DNA of 64,000 nucleotides from Pseudomonadota bacterium (GCA_021811085.1 JAJZPQ010000008.1:18498-82497); one strand, 5' to 3'. Positions 41,470 to 49,951 are shown, counted from the first letter of the stretch. Program-made: numbers and translations. The notes: generated from the letters alone by a model not told the origin.

Positions 41470-41697
41470 ATGAATTTCGATAAAGACCTGGACGCACGCG
41501 GCTTGAACTGCCCGCTGCCGATATTGCGCGCGAAAAAGGCGCTGACCGAGATGCAAAGCGGCCAGGTGCTGCGCATTGTTTCGACCGACGTCGGATCGGT
41601 CAAGGATTTCCAGGCTTTCTGCAAGCAGACCGGCAACGAACTGCTGTCGCAAGCCGAGGCGAGCAACGAGTACACCTTCTTTCTCAAGCGTAAGTGA
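41470..41697 (+). CDS. tusA: Sulfur carrier protein TusA
   Basis: 75 aa: LDARGLNCPLPILRAKKAL (CPxP active-site Cys) ...VLRIVSTDVGSVKDFQAFCKQTGNELL. It starts 68 nt after soeC. Confidence 0.87.
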   Translation: MNFDKDLDARGLNCPLPILRAKKALTEMQSGQVLRIVSTDVGSVKDFQAFCKQTGNELLSQAEASNEYTFFLKRK

Positions 41698-41966
41698 CCG
41701 GCGCAGCTGCTGCGGCCGCGCGGGACGCGGTCGCCAGGTGAGAATTGGTATTACTGCTGGTTCGAACAGTCCTTATTATGGATTGCTAAATCCCTAGCCC
41801 CGGCGTAGTCTTTTTCGATGAATTCGCAGCGCGCCGCCACAGCCGATCCAGGGCTGCGGCAGCGGGCGAAACTGCAGCCTGCGGTGGATAGAAGGGCGAC
41901 TTAGCCCCGCCACCGCTGTCATCGCTGGTGTCGAAACCTCGTTCGACTTCGTCTGGAGGAGTGGCC

Positions 41967-42359
41967 GTGGCAGCACGAAAGATCTGCGTGGTAGTGGTTT
42001 CCGGAACCCGCGAGCGCCTGCAAATGGCGGCCATGGCGGCCTCAGTGGCCGCCGTGAGCGGCATCGAAGTCACCATATTTCTATCCATGAACGCGGTGCC
42101 GCATTTCGTCAAAGGCGCCACGGCCGATGCGCCCAGCGAGGGCGCTTTCGGCGACCTTCTGGTAAAAAAGAAGGCGCCGGATTTCAAGACGCTGTTCCGG
42201 CAAGCGGTCGAACTGGGCGGCGCGAAGATCCTGCCCTGCTCCATGGCGCTGGACATCGCCGGCATCGAGACCGACACGCTGGAGCCGTTCGTGGGCGAGC
42301 CGACCGGGCTAACTGCGTTCCTGAACGCGGCCGCAGATGCCCAGGTCTGGACTTTCTGA
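41967..42359 (+). CDS. DsrE/DsrF-fold sulfurtransferase, DsrE3-like (soluble)
   Basis: ORF 41928-42359; the likely start is GTG 41967, 6 nt after GGAGGA ((M)AARKICVVVVSGTRERLQMA...). The conserved active-site Cys lies in AKILPCSMALD. Confidence 0.7.
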   Translation: MAARKICVVVVSGTRERLQMAAMAASVAAVSGIEVTIFLSMNAVPHFVKGATADAPSEGAFGDLLVKKKAPDFKTLFRQAVELGGAKILPCSMALDIAGIETDTLEPFVGEPTGLTAFLNAAADAQVWTF

Positions 42360-42370
42360 GAGTTTGTTTG

Positions 42371-42394
42371 AGCATGAGGGGATACGCCCCTTCA
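42371..42394 (+). repeat. Copy C of the AGCATGAGGGG hairpin element
   Basis: AGCATGAGGGG-ATACG-CCCCTTCA between the dsrE3-like and second tusA-like genes. It shares an identical 11-mer with copies at 55733 (+) and 50446 (-). Confidence 0.5.
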
Positions 42395-42464
42395 CGCTCG
42401 TCTAAACCAGGGCCATTTCGGTCAAGCCGAGATGGCCTGCAAATCGAACCGAGGAGATGCAACC

Positions 42465-42695
42465 ATGGCGGAAAAGAAAATCATCGATGGCCGGGGCAGC
42501 TTCTGCCCGGGCCCGCTGATGGAATTGATCGGCGTGCTGAAAATGTCGCAGATCGGCGACGAGCTCGAGGTCTTGTCCAACGACAAGGGCTCGGCCAAAG
42601 ACATTCCGGAGTGGGTGCGCAAAGTGGGCCACGAGCACGTGTCGACGACCGAAGAGGCGGGCGTCTGGCATATAACGGTGAGGAAAACCAAGTAG
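42465..42695 (+). CDS. TusA-family sulfurtransferase (second copy)
   Basis: ORF 42432-42695; the likely start is ATG 42465 after GAGGAG (MAEKKIIDGRGSFCPGPLMELIGVLK...). It has a CPxP-type Cys (CPGP). Confidence 0.8.
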   Translation: MAEKKIIDGRGSFCPGPLMELIGVLKMSQIGDELEVLSNDKGSAKDIPEWVRKVGHEHVSTTEEAGVWHITVRKTK

Positions 42696-42752
42696 CGCGA
42701 AGCAAAGCCACATGGGAGTTGTAGTGTTCGATGTCAACCTGAGGAGACATAA

Positions 42753-43892
42753 ATGAAAATACTCATCATCGGCGGCGGCATGGGCGGCACCATCCTGGCA
42801 AACAATCTCGCGCGGCGGCTAAGCACCGAATTGCGCTCGGGCAAAGCCCGTATCACCATGCTGTCCGCTTCGGACCGGCATCTGTATCAACCCGGCCTGC
42901 TCTATCTTGCGATCGGCCGAAGCACGCCCGATGCGCTGTATCGCGACCAGGCCAGCCTGCTTGAGCAGGGTATCGAGTTCCATGTGGACCCGGTGGAAAC
43001 GTTCCAGCTCGACGACAACAAGGTTGTGACCAAGGGCGGCAAGACCTACGGCTACGACGTGCTCGTGATCGCCACCGGCTCGCGCATGGTGCCCGAGGAA
43101 GTCAAAGGCCTGGCGGAAAACGCCGAGTTCTTCTATACCGAGGAAACGGCGCTGAAAATGATGCGCCGGCTGCAGGAATTCCAGGGCGGAAACGTGGTGA
43201 TCACCGTCGGCGTGCCGCACAAATGTCCGATGGCGCCGCTGGAAATCACGTTCATGCTGCACGATTACTTCAAGGAGCGCGGCATTGCCGACAAGGTGAA
43301 AATGCATTACACCTATCCGATCGGCCGCGTGCACAGCCTGGAGAACGTCGCCAAGTGGGCCGCGCCCGAATTCGACCGCCTGGGCATCAAGTACGAAACC
43401 TTTTTCAACATCAAGGAAGTCGACGGTGCGAAGAAAGTCCTGCGCAGCGAAGAGGGCTCCGAAGTGCCCTTCGATCTGCTGGTCGCGATCCCCGCGCACC
43501 GCGGCATGGACGTGATCGAGAAGAACAAGCTCGGGCAGAATGGCTGGATTCCGACCAACAAGACCAAGCTCAACATGGAGGGGCGCACCAACGTCTATGT
43601 CATCGGCGACACGACCAACATCCCGATCAGCAAAGCCGGCTCCACCGCGCACTTCGAAGCCGAGACGCTGGGCGAGAATATCGCCGCCATGGTGAAAATG
43701 GGCATCACCAGTCCGATGCGCGATTACGACGGCAAGGTGTTCTGCTTCATCGAGGCGGGCCTGGACCGTGCGACCTACGCCATGTTCAACTACCAGAATC
43801 CGCCTGACCCGAAGGCGCCGACGCGCGCCATGCACTGGTTCAAGGCGGCCTACAACAAACTGTACTGGGCCTCCGCACGTGGACTGCTGTAG
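42753..43892 (+). CDS. FAD-dependent pyridine nucleotide-disulfide oxidoreductase, sulfide:quinone oxidoreductase-like
   Basis: 379 aa with FAD motif MKILIIGGGMGGT, a second Rossmann (VVITVGVPHKCPMAPLE) and GDTTNIP. Candidate redox cysteines lie in HKCPMAP and KVFCFIE. I cannot assign the SQR subtype by eye. Confidence 0.72.
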   Translation: MKILIIGGGMGGTILANNLARRLSTELRSGKARITMLSASDRHLYQPGLLYLAIGRSTPDALYRDQASLLEQGIEFHVDPVETFQLDDNKVVTKGGKTYGYDVLVIATGSRMVPEEVKGLAENAEFFYTEETALKMMRRLQEFQGGNVVITVGVPHKCPMAPLEITFMLHDYFKERGIADKVKMHYTYPIGRVHSLENVAKWAAPEFDRLGIKYETFFNIKEVDGAKKVLRSEEGSEVPFDLLVAIPAHRGMDVIEKNKLGQNGWIPTNKTKLNMEGRTNVYVIGDTTNIPISKAGSTAHFEAETLGENIAAMVKMGITSPMRDYDGKVFCFIEAGLDRATYAMFNYQNPPDPKAPTRAMHWFKAAYNKLYWASARGLL

Positions 43893-43904
43893 CCGGGAGG
43901 GAAC

Positions 43905-44696
43905 ATGAACACAGAAAACAAGGACCTCACCGGTACGCTGGAGGAACTCACCGGCGTCGCCACCGCCGCGCGTGACGCGATGACCGAGGACATCATCGGC
44001 CGCGTTGCCGACAGCGCCGCCGGCGCGATGGATCTGATCGACAAGGTGAACCGCAGCGGGCTGGGCAAGGCGATACCGCAGCTGGCGCAGATGGTCGAAA
44101 ACGGCGACCTGCAGCGTCTGGTCGACCTCGCGCGCGTCTACGGCTCCGCCGAGGACGCGCTGACCGAGGAAATGGTCGGCCGCATCGCTGCGGCGGCGAG
44201 CGACGGCCTGAGCCTGATGGACCAGGTCAACCGCTCCGGACTGGAAAAGGCGCTGCCGACGCTGACGCGGCTGGTCGCAGACGGCGATATGGAGCGCCTG
44301 GCGCAGCTTGCGCGCGTCTACGGCGCGGCGCAGGACGCGCTGTCCGAGGAAATCGTCGGCCGCCTGGCCGAGGCGATGAGCGAAGGCCTGTCGCTGCTGG
44401 ACCGGCTCAACCGCGGCGGCGCCGGCCGGCTGGTCGAGATGCTGGCGAAGCTGGAGGCGAGCGGGTCGCTGGAGCGCGTCGCCGCGCTGCTGCCCACGTT
44501 TGTCGACCGGCTCGACATGGTCGGCGGGCTCCTCGAGGCCATGGAATCGGCCGCGAAGCAGGCCGAGGCCGAGCGCACTCAGGGCGGTATCGTTGCCATG
44601 TACAAGATGATGACCGATCCGCGCACGCAGGAAACGCTGCGTTTCATGCTCGCGCTCGGACAGCACATGCACGAGAGCTACGCGCGCAGGACCTGA
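43905..44696 (+). CDS. DUF1641-like protein with three internal ~60-aa repeats
   Basis: 263 aa. The repeats are TEDIIGRVADSAAGAMDLIDKVNRSGLGKAIPQLAQMVENGDLQRLVDLARVYGSAEDAL / TEEMVGRIAAAASDGLSLMDQVNRSGLEKALPTLTRLVADGDMERLAQLARVYGAAQDAL / SEEIVGRLAEAMSEGLSLLDRLNRGGAGRLVEMLAKLEASGSLERVAALL. The DUF1641 assignment is from memory of its frequent pairing with SQR-like flavoproteins. Confidence 0.6.
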   Translation: MNTENKDLTGTLEELTGVATAARDAMTEDIIGRVADSAAGAMDLIDKVNRSGLGKAIPQLAQMVENGDLQRLVDLARVYGSAEDALTEEMVGRIAAAASDGLSLMDQVNRSGLEKALPTLTRLVADGDMERLAQLARVYGAAQDALSEEIVGRLAEAMSEGLSLLDRLNRGGAGRLVEMLAKLEASGSLERVAALLPTFVDRLDMVGGLLEAMESAAKQAEAERTQGGIVAMYKMMTDPRTQETLRFMLALGQHMHESYARRT

Positions 44697-44720
44697 GTCA
44701 AGATCGCCTGTCCGGTCCGG

Positions 44721-44742
44721 CCCGGCCGCCGCGGCGGCCGGG
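44721..44742 (+). terminator. GC hairpin after the DUF1641 gene (possible terminator, no U-tract)
   Basis: CCCGGCCGC-CGCG-GCGGCCGGG, a 9-bp perfect stem 25 nt after the stop. No T-run follows. Confidence 0.3.
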
Positions 44743-44872
44743 TCGCACGCTCCAGCCCGCGGCGCACCGCGCCGACGGCGCGCGCGCGGCTGCGACTGTA
44801 CAATGCCTCCGCCCGGGTTTGGCCTCGATAGCGGCAGTCCTTCCTGTCACGTCACCGATTCCGGAGCGCGGT

Positions 44873-46012
44873 ATGCGGCAACGGCTTAGCTTGTCGCGGG
44901 CGGCGCGGCTGGTCGGTGTGGCGCGCTCCGCTGCGGCGCAGGAACTCGGCGCATTCCTCGCCCGGGCGCTGCAGTCCGTGCTCGGTGAAACAGCGGCGCC
45001 AACCGCGCTTGCCGTAATGGATGATATGCTGCGCGTGATGTCTGCCCATGTCGTCGTCCATCCGAGCCGCCACGAGTTTTTCGTCGACGGCGCCGATACC
45101 ATTCTCGATGCCGCGCTGCGCTCCGGCCTCGCCCTGAACTACGGCTGCAGCAACGGCAATTGCGGCCTGTGCAAGGTGCGCGTGGTCTCCGGCCAAGTGC
45201 AGAAGGTCCGCCACCACGATTACGTGCTGAGCGAGGCGGAGCGGCAGCAGGGCTATACGCTGATGTGCTCGCATACGGCCGTTGGCGATCTGGTGATCGA
45301 AGCGCTCGAGTCCGCCGAGCCGGGGGATATTCCGGCGCAGCAGATCCCGGCGCGGGTGAAGGCGGTGCAGCCGCTCGGCGACGAGCTCATGCTGCTGCAA
45401 CTGCAGACCCCGCGCGCCAATCGCCTGCGCTTTCTGGCAGGACAGAATTTGACCCTGACCGCGGGCGAGGCCTCGGCGCAGCTGCCGATCGCGAGTTGCC
45501 CCTGCGACGACCGCAATCTGCAATTCCATGTTGCACGCAATGCGCAGGACGGTTTCGCGCAGCAAGTATTCGGATCGCTTAAGGCCGGGGACAGCGTCGC
45601 GCTGTTCGGCCCGTGGGGAGACTTCGTGCTGCGCGCGGACTCGCCGCGCCCGATTGTGTTCATCGCCTGCGACACCGGTTTTGCGCCGATCAAGAGCCTG
45701 CTCGAGCACGCGATGGCGCTGGAATCGGCCGAGCGCCTGCATCTGTACTGGCTCGCGGCGCAATCGACCGGCCATTATCTTGCCAACCTCTGCCGCTCCT
45801 GGGCCGAAGCATTGGATAATTTCACCTATGTTCCGGTCGCCGCCGAGCAATGCGACGCGCTCGAACTGGTGCGCCGCATCGGCGCCGACCACGCCGATCT
45901 GAACAGGTTCGACATCTATCTGGCAGGACCCGAGGCTTTCATCCACGCCGCCACAACGGCCCTGCGCGAGCAGGGATTTCCCGAAACGCAATTGAGCGCC
46001 GCGATCTTCTGA
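44873..46012 (+). CDS. Plant-type [2Fe-2S] ferredoxin fused to an FNR-like FAD/NAD(P)-binding reductase (AscD/Fre-like)
   Basis: ORF 44819-46012. ATG 44873 has GGAG 6 nt upstream; the alternative start ATG 45038 would remove a 55-aa N-terminal extension. 2Fe-2S motif CSNGNCGLCKVRV...LMC; FNR-like blocks RFLAGQNLTL and IVFIACDTGFAPIKSLL. Confidence 0.75.
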   Translation: MRQRLSLSRAARLVGVARSAAAQELGAFLARALQSVLGETAAPTALAVMDDMLRVMSAHVVVHPSRHEFFVDGADTILDAALRSGLALNYGCSNGNCGLCKVRVVSGQVQKVRHHDYVLSEAERQQGYTLMCSHTAVGDLVIEALESAEPGDIPAQQIPARVKAVQPLGDELMLLQLQTPRANRLRFLAGQNLTLTAGEASAQLPIASCPCDDRNLQFHVARNAQDGFAQQVFGSLKAGDSVALFGPWGDFVLRADSPRPIVFIACDTGFAPIKSLLEHAMALESAERLHLYWLAAQSTGHYLANLCRSWAEALDNFTYVPVAAEQCDALELVRRIGADHADLNRFDIYLAGPEAFIHAATTALREQGFPETQLSAAIF

Positions 46013-46014
46013 CC

Positions 46015-46242
46015 ATGCCCTATTACCTCTACAAAGTCTCCAGCTTTCCCATCCGCAGGCTGGAGAAACTCGAACAGCATGACGCTTTCCGTGACGCCTC
46101 CGCCCGGGCCAAGACTTTGCGCGCCGCGCTAAGCTCGGCCGAGCAGGGCTCGATCAAGGTGATACTCGCCGACAATGAACTGCATGCCGAAGATCTCCTT
46201 TCGCAGCAGCGCGCGCCGCAGCCCAACCCGGACGACGACTGA
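46015..46242 (+). CDS. Small hypothetical protein (75 aa)
   Basis: In-frame ATG 46015, 2 nt after the reductase stop: MPYYLYKVSSFPIRRLEKLEQHDAFRDASARAKTLRAALSSAEQGSIKVILADNELHAEDLL... I recognised no family. Confidence 0.5.
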   Translation: MPYYLYKVSSFPIRRLEKLEQHDAFRDASARAKTLRAALSSAEQGSIKVILADNELHAEDLLSQQRAPQPNPDDD

Positions 46243-46284
46243 GCGCCTGTCTACGCGCGATGCTTGCAAGCGCTAGTCCCCGGC

Positions 46285-46761
46285 ATGGATGAAGCCGCTT
46301 TCCGGCAGGCGCGGGATATGATGTCTCCGCGCCCCTGCGCGTTCGAGAAGGCGATGCTCGCCGGCGCCTGTTCCTGTGCGCTGGCCGCGCGGCGCAACAT
46401 CGCCGAGCGCGAGGCAGTGACCTGCACTTCGCCTCCGGCGCACGGGCAATGCGCGCTGTTGTGCGCCCTGTTGCGGCAGAAGTCCGCATTCGCGCTGAAA
46501 CTGGTGCGGATCGACGCGCCGCTGCCCCATGCCAAGGAGATGAAGCTGCAATGTGGGGGGCTGCGCGGCGTGCAGCAGGCGCTCGGCGCCGCGGAACTTG
46601 CATCCGCGGACGAGCTGGCGCCGGAGGGGCGAGGGCTCGATGTGCACGAGCTGGTGCTGGCGGCGCAGGAGAAATTCGGGGGCCTGCACCATCTGCCCTT
46701 CGCGCGCATAATTCAATCGGTCGTCGCCTATGAAATCCGGCGACGCCGCGCGGAGCGATGA
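46285..46761 (+). CDS. Cys-rich hypothetical protein
   Basis: ORF 46264-46761 (TTG in the track); the first ATG is 46285 (MDEAAFRQARDMMSPRPCAFEKAMLAGACSCALAARRNIAEREAVTCTSPPAHGQCALLCALL...). Seven Cys. Its stop overlaps the next start (ATGA). Confidence 0.45.
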   Translation: MDEAAFRQARDMMSPRPCAFEKAMLAGACSCALAARRNIAEREAVTCTSPPAHGQCALLCALLRQKSAFALKLVRIDAPLPHAKEMKLQCGGLRGVQQALGAAELASADELAPEGRGLDVHELVLAAQEKFGGLHHLPFARIIQSVVAYEIRRRRAER

Positions 46762-47816
46762 TGCCTTTGCCCGATTTCCCGCAACTGGTACAGAGCGTGC
46801 AGCGCAACTGCAATATTGCCGATGCGCGTCACGCGCGCGAGACGACGCTGTGCAACTACCTGTTGGAGATGCGCGAGTTCTACCGCTGGGAGCACGAAGT
46901 CCCGCTTGCGCGGCCATTGCCGCGGCAGGAACTGGGAACCTGGATTTCGGAACGCGAGGCACTGTGGGACGGGCTGCAGGCCGATGACCTGGAGCCGCTG
47001 TGCGTGGGCGAGCGCAGCTACGGCACGTTCGACGTGGCGGCCATCAACGCTGCGCTGGTACCGCAGGGCCTGGTTTACGGCGCCGGCTACGGCCGCTTCG
47101 GCAAACCGCATTTTTTTCTGGCGCAGCTGGAGCGTTGCGAGCAGCGCCAGGGGCTCACCTTGTTCGTGTCGGGCTGCGAGTATGCGCGCGATCTCACCGC
47201 TCCGCCGGCTACGCTGCTGGACAGTGCGGTGTACCTGCGCCGCGACGCGCTGCGGCGCTGGTTGTGGGACAAGATCGAAATCTGGGGTGTGCGCAAAGCT
47301 GATGGCGCGCTGAAGTCGGCGCTGGATAGCTACGGCTTTGCAGCCGATGCCGAGCATGCGGTCGAGCGCATGTCCGAACACGAGGCGGAAACGCTGATCC
47401 TGCACGAACTCGGCGAAGCCATGGCCGAGCCGCTGCTCGGGTCTGCCTGGCGGGAACTCGTCGCTTCGTTCACCGGCCGGCGCGCGGAGATCGTCGCGCG
47501 CGCCGTGCGCGACAACCTGGCCGACTGCCTCTCGACGCTGCCGCGGCTGATCGAGCGCGGCGCAGCCGGCTCGATCCACTTTTACTTCGCCAACTTCGAG
47601 GGCGTGCGCAGCAAATTGTTTCCGCTGCTGGCGCAGGCATACCGCGTCTGGCGCGATTCGGAAAATCCGGCTCCCTTGCGCGACGCGGCGCAGGCGGGCG
47701 GCACGCACTGGCATGAGGCCGCGTTGCGCCTGCTGCGCGTACGCGAAAGCGATCCAGCCGCAGCCGAGGAGACCATCGCGGCCTGGAGCGAGGATCCCGG
47801 CGGGCTCTCGCTCTGA
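46758..47816 (+). CDS. Conserved-looking hypothetical protein (352 aa)
   Basis: MMPLPDFPQLVQSVQRNCNIADARHARETTLCNYLLEMREFYRWEHEV... It is translationally coupled to the Cys-rich ORF. I could not assign a family with confidence. Confidence 0.55.
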   Translation: MMPLPDFPQLVQSVQRNCNIADARHARETTLCNYLLEMREFYRWEHEVPLARPLPRQELGTWISEREALWDGLQADDLEPLCVGERSYGTFDVAAINAALVPQGLVYGAGYGRFGKPHFFLAQLERCEQRQGLTLFVSGCEYARDLTAPPATLLDSAVYLRRDALRRWLWDKIEIWGVRKADGALKSALDSYGFAADAEHAVERMSEHEAETLILHELGEAMAEPLLGSAWRELVASFTGRRAEIVARAVRDNLADCLSTLPRLIERGAAGSIHFYFANFEGVRSKLFPLLAQAYRVWRDSENPAPLRDAAQAGGTHWHEAALRLLRVRESDPAAAEETIAAWSEDPGGLSL

Positions 47817-47840
47817 TCGCGCTCCACCTCCAGCGAGGGG

Positions 47841-48467
47841 CTACCAGTAGGCGAGCAGGCGGCCTTTGTCCACTTTCGCTTCGAAGCGCTTCAGCGGCTG
47901 GGTTCCCTTCTTCACGCAGGCGCCGCTAGTCAGATCGAACGCCCACTTGTGCTTAGGGCAGGTCAGCTCCAGCCCCTCGAGCGCGAGGTGCGGGATGTTC
48001 GTGACCTGATGCGGGCAGCGGCTGTCGTAGACGCGATAGGTCTTGCCCTTGCGGTAGACGAACAGGCTGCGCCCGTCGCAGTCGAGCCGCGTGGCCTCAC
48101 CGTCCGTGATCTGCGCGGCCGGCGCTACGTCGTGCCAGCGCGCAGCGCTGCCGATGTTCTCGGGACGGAACTCGGGCAGGTCGAGCGCGAGAATGACGTC
48201 CACCGCCCACACGATCTTGGCCAGCCCCAGCGCCGGGAATGCCATCATCAGCGCATCGAGCACCTCCATCGGGCTCGCCCCGTCGCGCAGCGCGCGCAGC
48301 AGGTACTGGCGCAGGCCGTTTTCGGTCTGGGAGTGGACTTTGGTAATGACCGAGATCAGCGCCCGCGTCTTGGGGTCGAGATGTTTACCGGCCTCCTTGA
48401 GGAACTTGAAGTAGTGGGAGATCGCATCCGGCCGCACCTTGACCAGATAATTCAGAGCGTCGCTCAT
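47841..48467 (-). CDS. Fusion protein: carboxymuconolactone decarboxylase/AhpD-like domain + Rieske [2Fe-2S] domain
   Basis: 208 aa. The N-terminal half resembles the CMD family (DPKTRALISVITKVHSQTENGLRQYLLRAL...). The C-terminal half has the Rieske motifs CPHQ...CPKHKW. Confidence 0.72.
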   Translation of the reverse strand: MSDALNYLVKVRPDAISHYFKFLKEAGKHLDPKTRALISVITKVHSQTENGLRQYLLRALRDGASPMEVLDALMMAFPALGLAKIVWAVDVILALDLPEFRPENIGSAARWHDVAPAAQITDGEATRLDCDGRSLFVYRKGKTYRVYDSRCPHQVTNIPHLALEGLELTCPKHKWAFDLTSGACVKKGTQPLKRFEAKVDKGRLLAYW

Positions 48468-48500
48468 TGCCAGCCGCCTATATCGAGGATGTCGAGAATC

Positions 48501-49394
48501 TCATTTTACGCGCTGGTAGTAGCGCGCGCGGTAGATCAGGCGACGATGCTGCGCCGAGTCGGTGAACGGCATGCGCGTGTGCAGTACGTTGTTGCTGATG
48601 AGGCCCATGCCCGGCTCCAGCCGACCGCGCAATACCCAGGGCGAAGCGCCGCCGAGGATGTCTTCGAGTGCGGCCAGCGCCGCCTGCGTGGCCGCGTCCT
48701 GCTTCCACTCGATGCTGACTGCGCGCGCGGTGTAGCGCATGTGCAAATAGCCGCCGGCATCGATCGAAAACACGGGACCGGATTGTGCCGCCCGCTCCAC
48801 GCGGCCTTGCTCGATGCGCGCCGGAACGGTCATGGCATCGGGCGCCATCAGCGCGCGCAGGTGCTGCGGATCGCGGTCGCGCAACTGGATGTAGGCGATT
48901 TCGTGATCGAGCAGCTCGTTCTCGCCGCCGGTCTCGGCGCGCTCGACGCAGTGCAGCAGCACCGCGCGCACGGTGCGCTCGCGGGGGTTGTAGTAGCCGT
49001 CGGTATGCCACTTGATGCCGCGATTGGTATAAGGGATGAATTCGCCGCGCGTGCCGTGTTGCGCGACCGCCAGCGGCGAAATGCCGTCGTCGTCGGCCAG
49101 CAAGTTCGGATCGAGGTCGCGCAATCCGAACTGCAGGCCCAGTTGCCGCGGAATGTCCTTGTCCGGCCTGCCCCCGGTCGGACTTGCGTAGACCGCCATG
49201 TTGGCGCGCCGGCAGCGTTCGAGCAGTGCCTGCCGCTCACCCTTGCTGAGCGAGCGCGGGTCGCGCACTTCAACCACGAGCTCGGCCAGCGTTGCCGGAA
49301 AATGGGCGAGCTTTTCGGCGCGCCAGGCCAGATACGCGGCTTCGTCGGCGAGATCGAACGCCGCGCCCGCCGGCACATTCATGCGCGCGTTCAT
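48501..49394 (-). CDS. TauD/TfdA-family Fe(II)/2-oxoglutarate-dependent dioxygenase-like protein
   Basis: 297 aa with the HxD metal motif in WHTDGYY and a distal His in NNVLHTR. Its start overlaps the stop of the upstream ORF (ATGA). Confidence 0.72.
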   Translation of the reverse strand: MNARMNVPAGAAFDLADEAAYLAWRAEKLAHFPATLAELVVEVRDPRSLSKGERQALLERCRRANMAVYASPTGGRPDKDIPRQLGLQFGLRDLDPNLLADDDGISPLAVAQHGTRGEFIPYTNRGIKWHTDGYYNPRERTVRAVLLHCVERAETGGENELLDHEIAYIQLRDRDPQHLRALMAPDAMTVPARIEQGRVERAAQSGPVFSIDAGGYLHMRYTARAVSIEWKQDAATQAALAALEDILGGASPWVLRGRLEPGMGLISNNVLHTRMPFTDSAQHRRLIYRARYYQRVK

Positions 49395-49951
49395 TCGCCG
49401 ATGTGGCTCTCGCGCCGCGGCCGGTGCTCTTCGTCGGCGGGCGCGAACAGACCTTCGAGCGTGCGCTCCAGCGCCTTCACCGCTTCAGGGGCTTCGATCT
49501 CCATGATCTGATCGATCACCCAGGCATGATCCTTCTCCGGGACGATTTCCAGCAGCCGGCTGCCGAAATAGCGGCGAAAGCCGAAATCGGGGCCCTCTTT
49601 TTCGTCGTAGGCGAAATCGGCGTATTCGCCGCCGCGCTGGTTGGCGAGGTCTATGAAATGGCGGCGGCAGCGGTCGGGCTCGGGTTCGACCGGCAGCATG
49701 TCGCGGTTGTCCTCTACCACCTCCGCCAGCTTCAGTGCGAGCGCGGTGGTGAACGCGATGCGCTGGTCGGCGGCGAGTGCCCGATAGGCGATGCGGTCGG
49801 CCGCGTGCAGCATGAACGCGAGGTACTCGCACACGAAATCGAAGTACTGCGTGCCGACGTCGATGTCGAATTGCGCCGCGCGCATGCGCCGGATCGCATC
49901 CTGCGACAGCTTCCAGCCGAGCATGGCGATGACGCTGGCCAGCTCGGGCAT
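49391..49951 (-). CDS. Hypothetical protein (186 aa; up to 203 aa if the start is 50002)
   Basis: ORF 49391-50002; the candidate start is ATG 49951 (MPELASVIAMLGWKLSQDAIRRMRAAQFDIDVGTQYFDFVCEYLAF...). I recognised no family. Confidence 0.5.
   Translation of the reverse strand: MPELASVIAMLGWKLSQDAIRRMRAAQFDIDVGTQYFDFVCEYLAFMLHAADRIAYRALAADQRIAFTTALALKLAEVVEDNRDMLPVEPEPDRCRRHFIDLANQRGGEYADFAYDEKEGPDFGFRRYFGSRLLEIVPEKDHAWVIDQIMEIEAPEAVKALERTLEGLFAPADEEHRPRRESHIGE

Noticed and set aside
42819-44672. A 617-aa minus-strand ORF opposite the SQR-like and DUF1641 genes.
   Set aside because: It is antisense to two genes with clear Rossmann and repeat signatures, and its composition is low-complexity.
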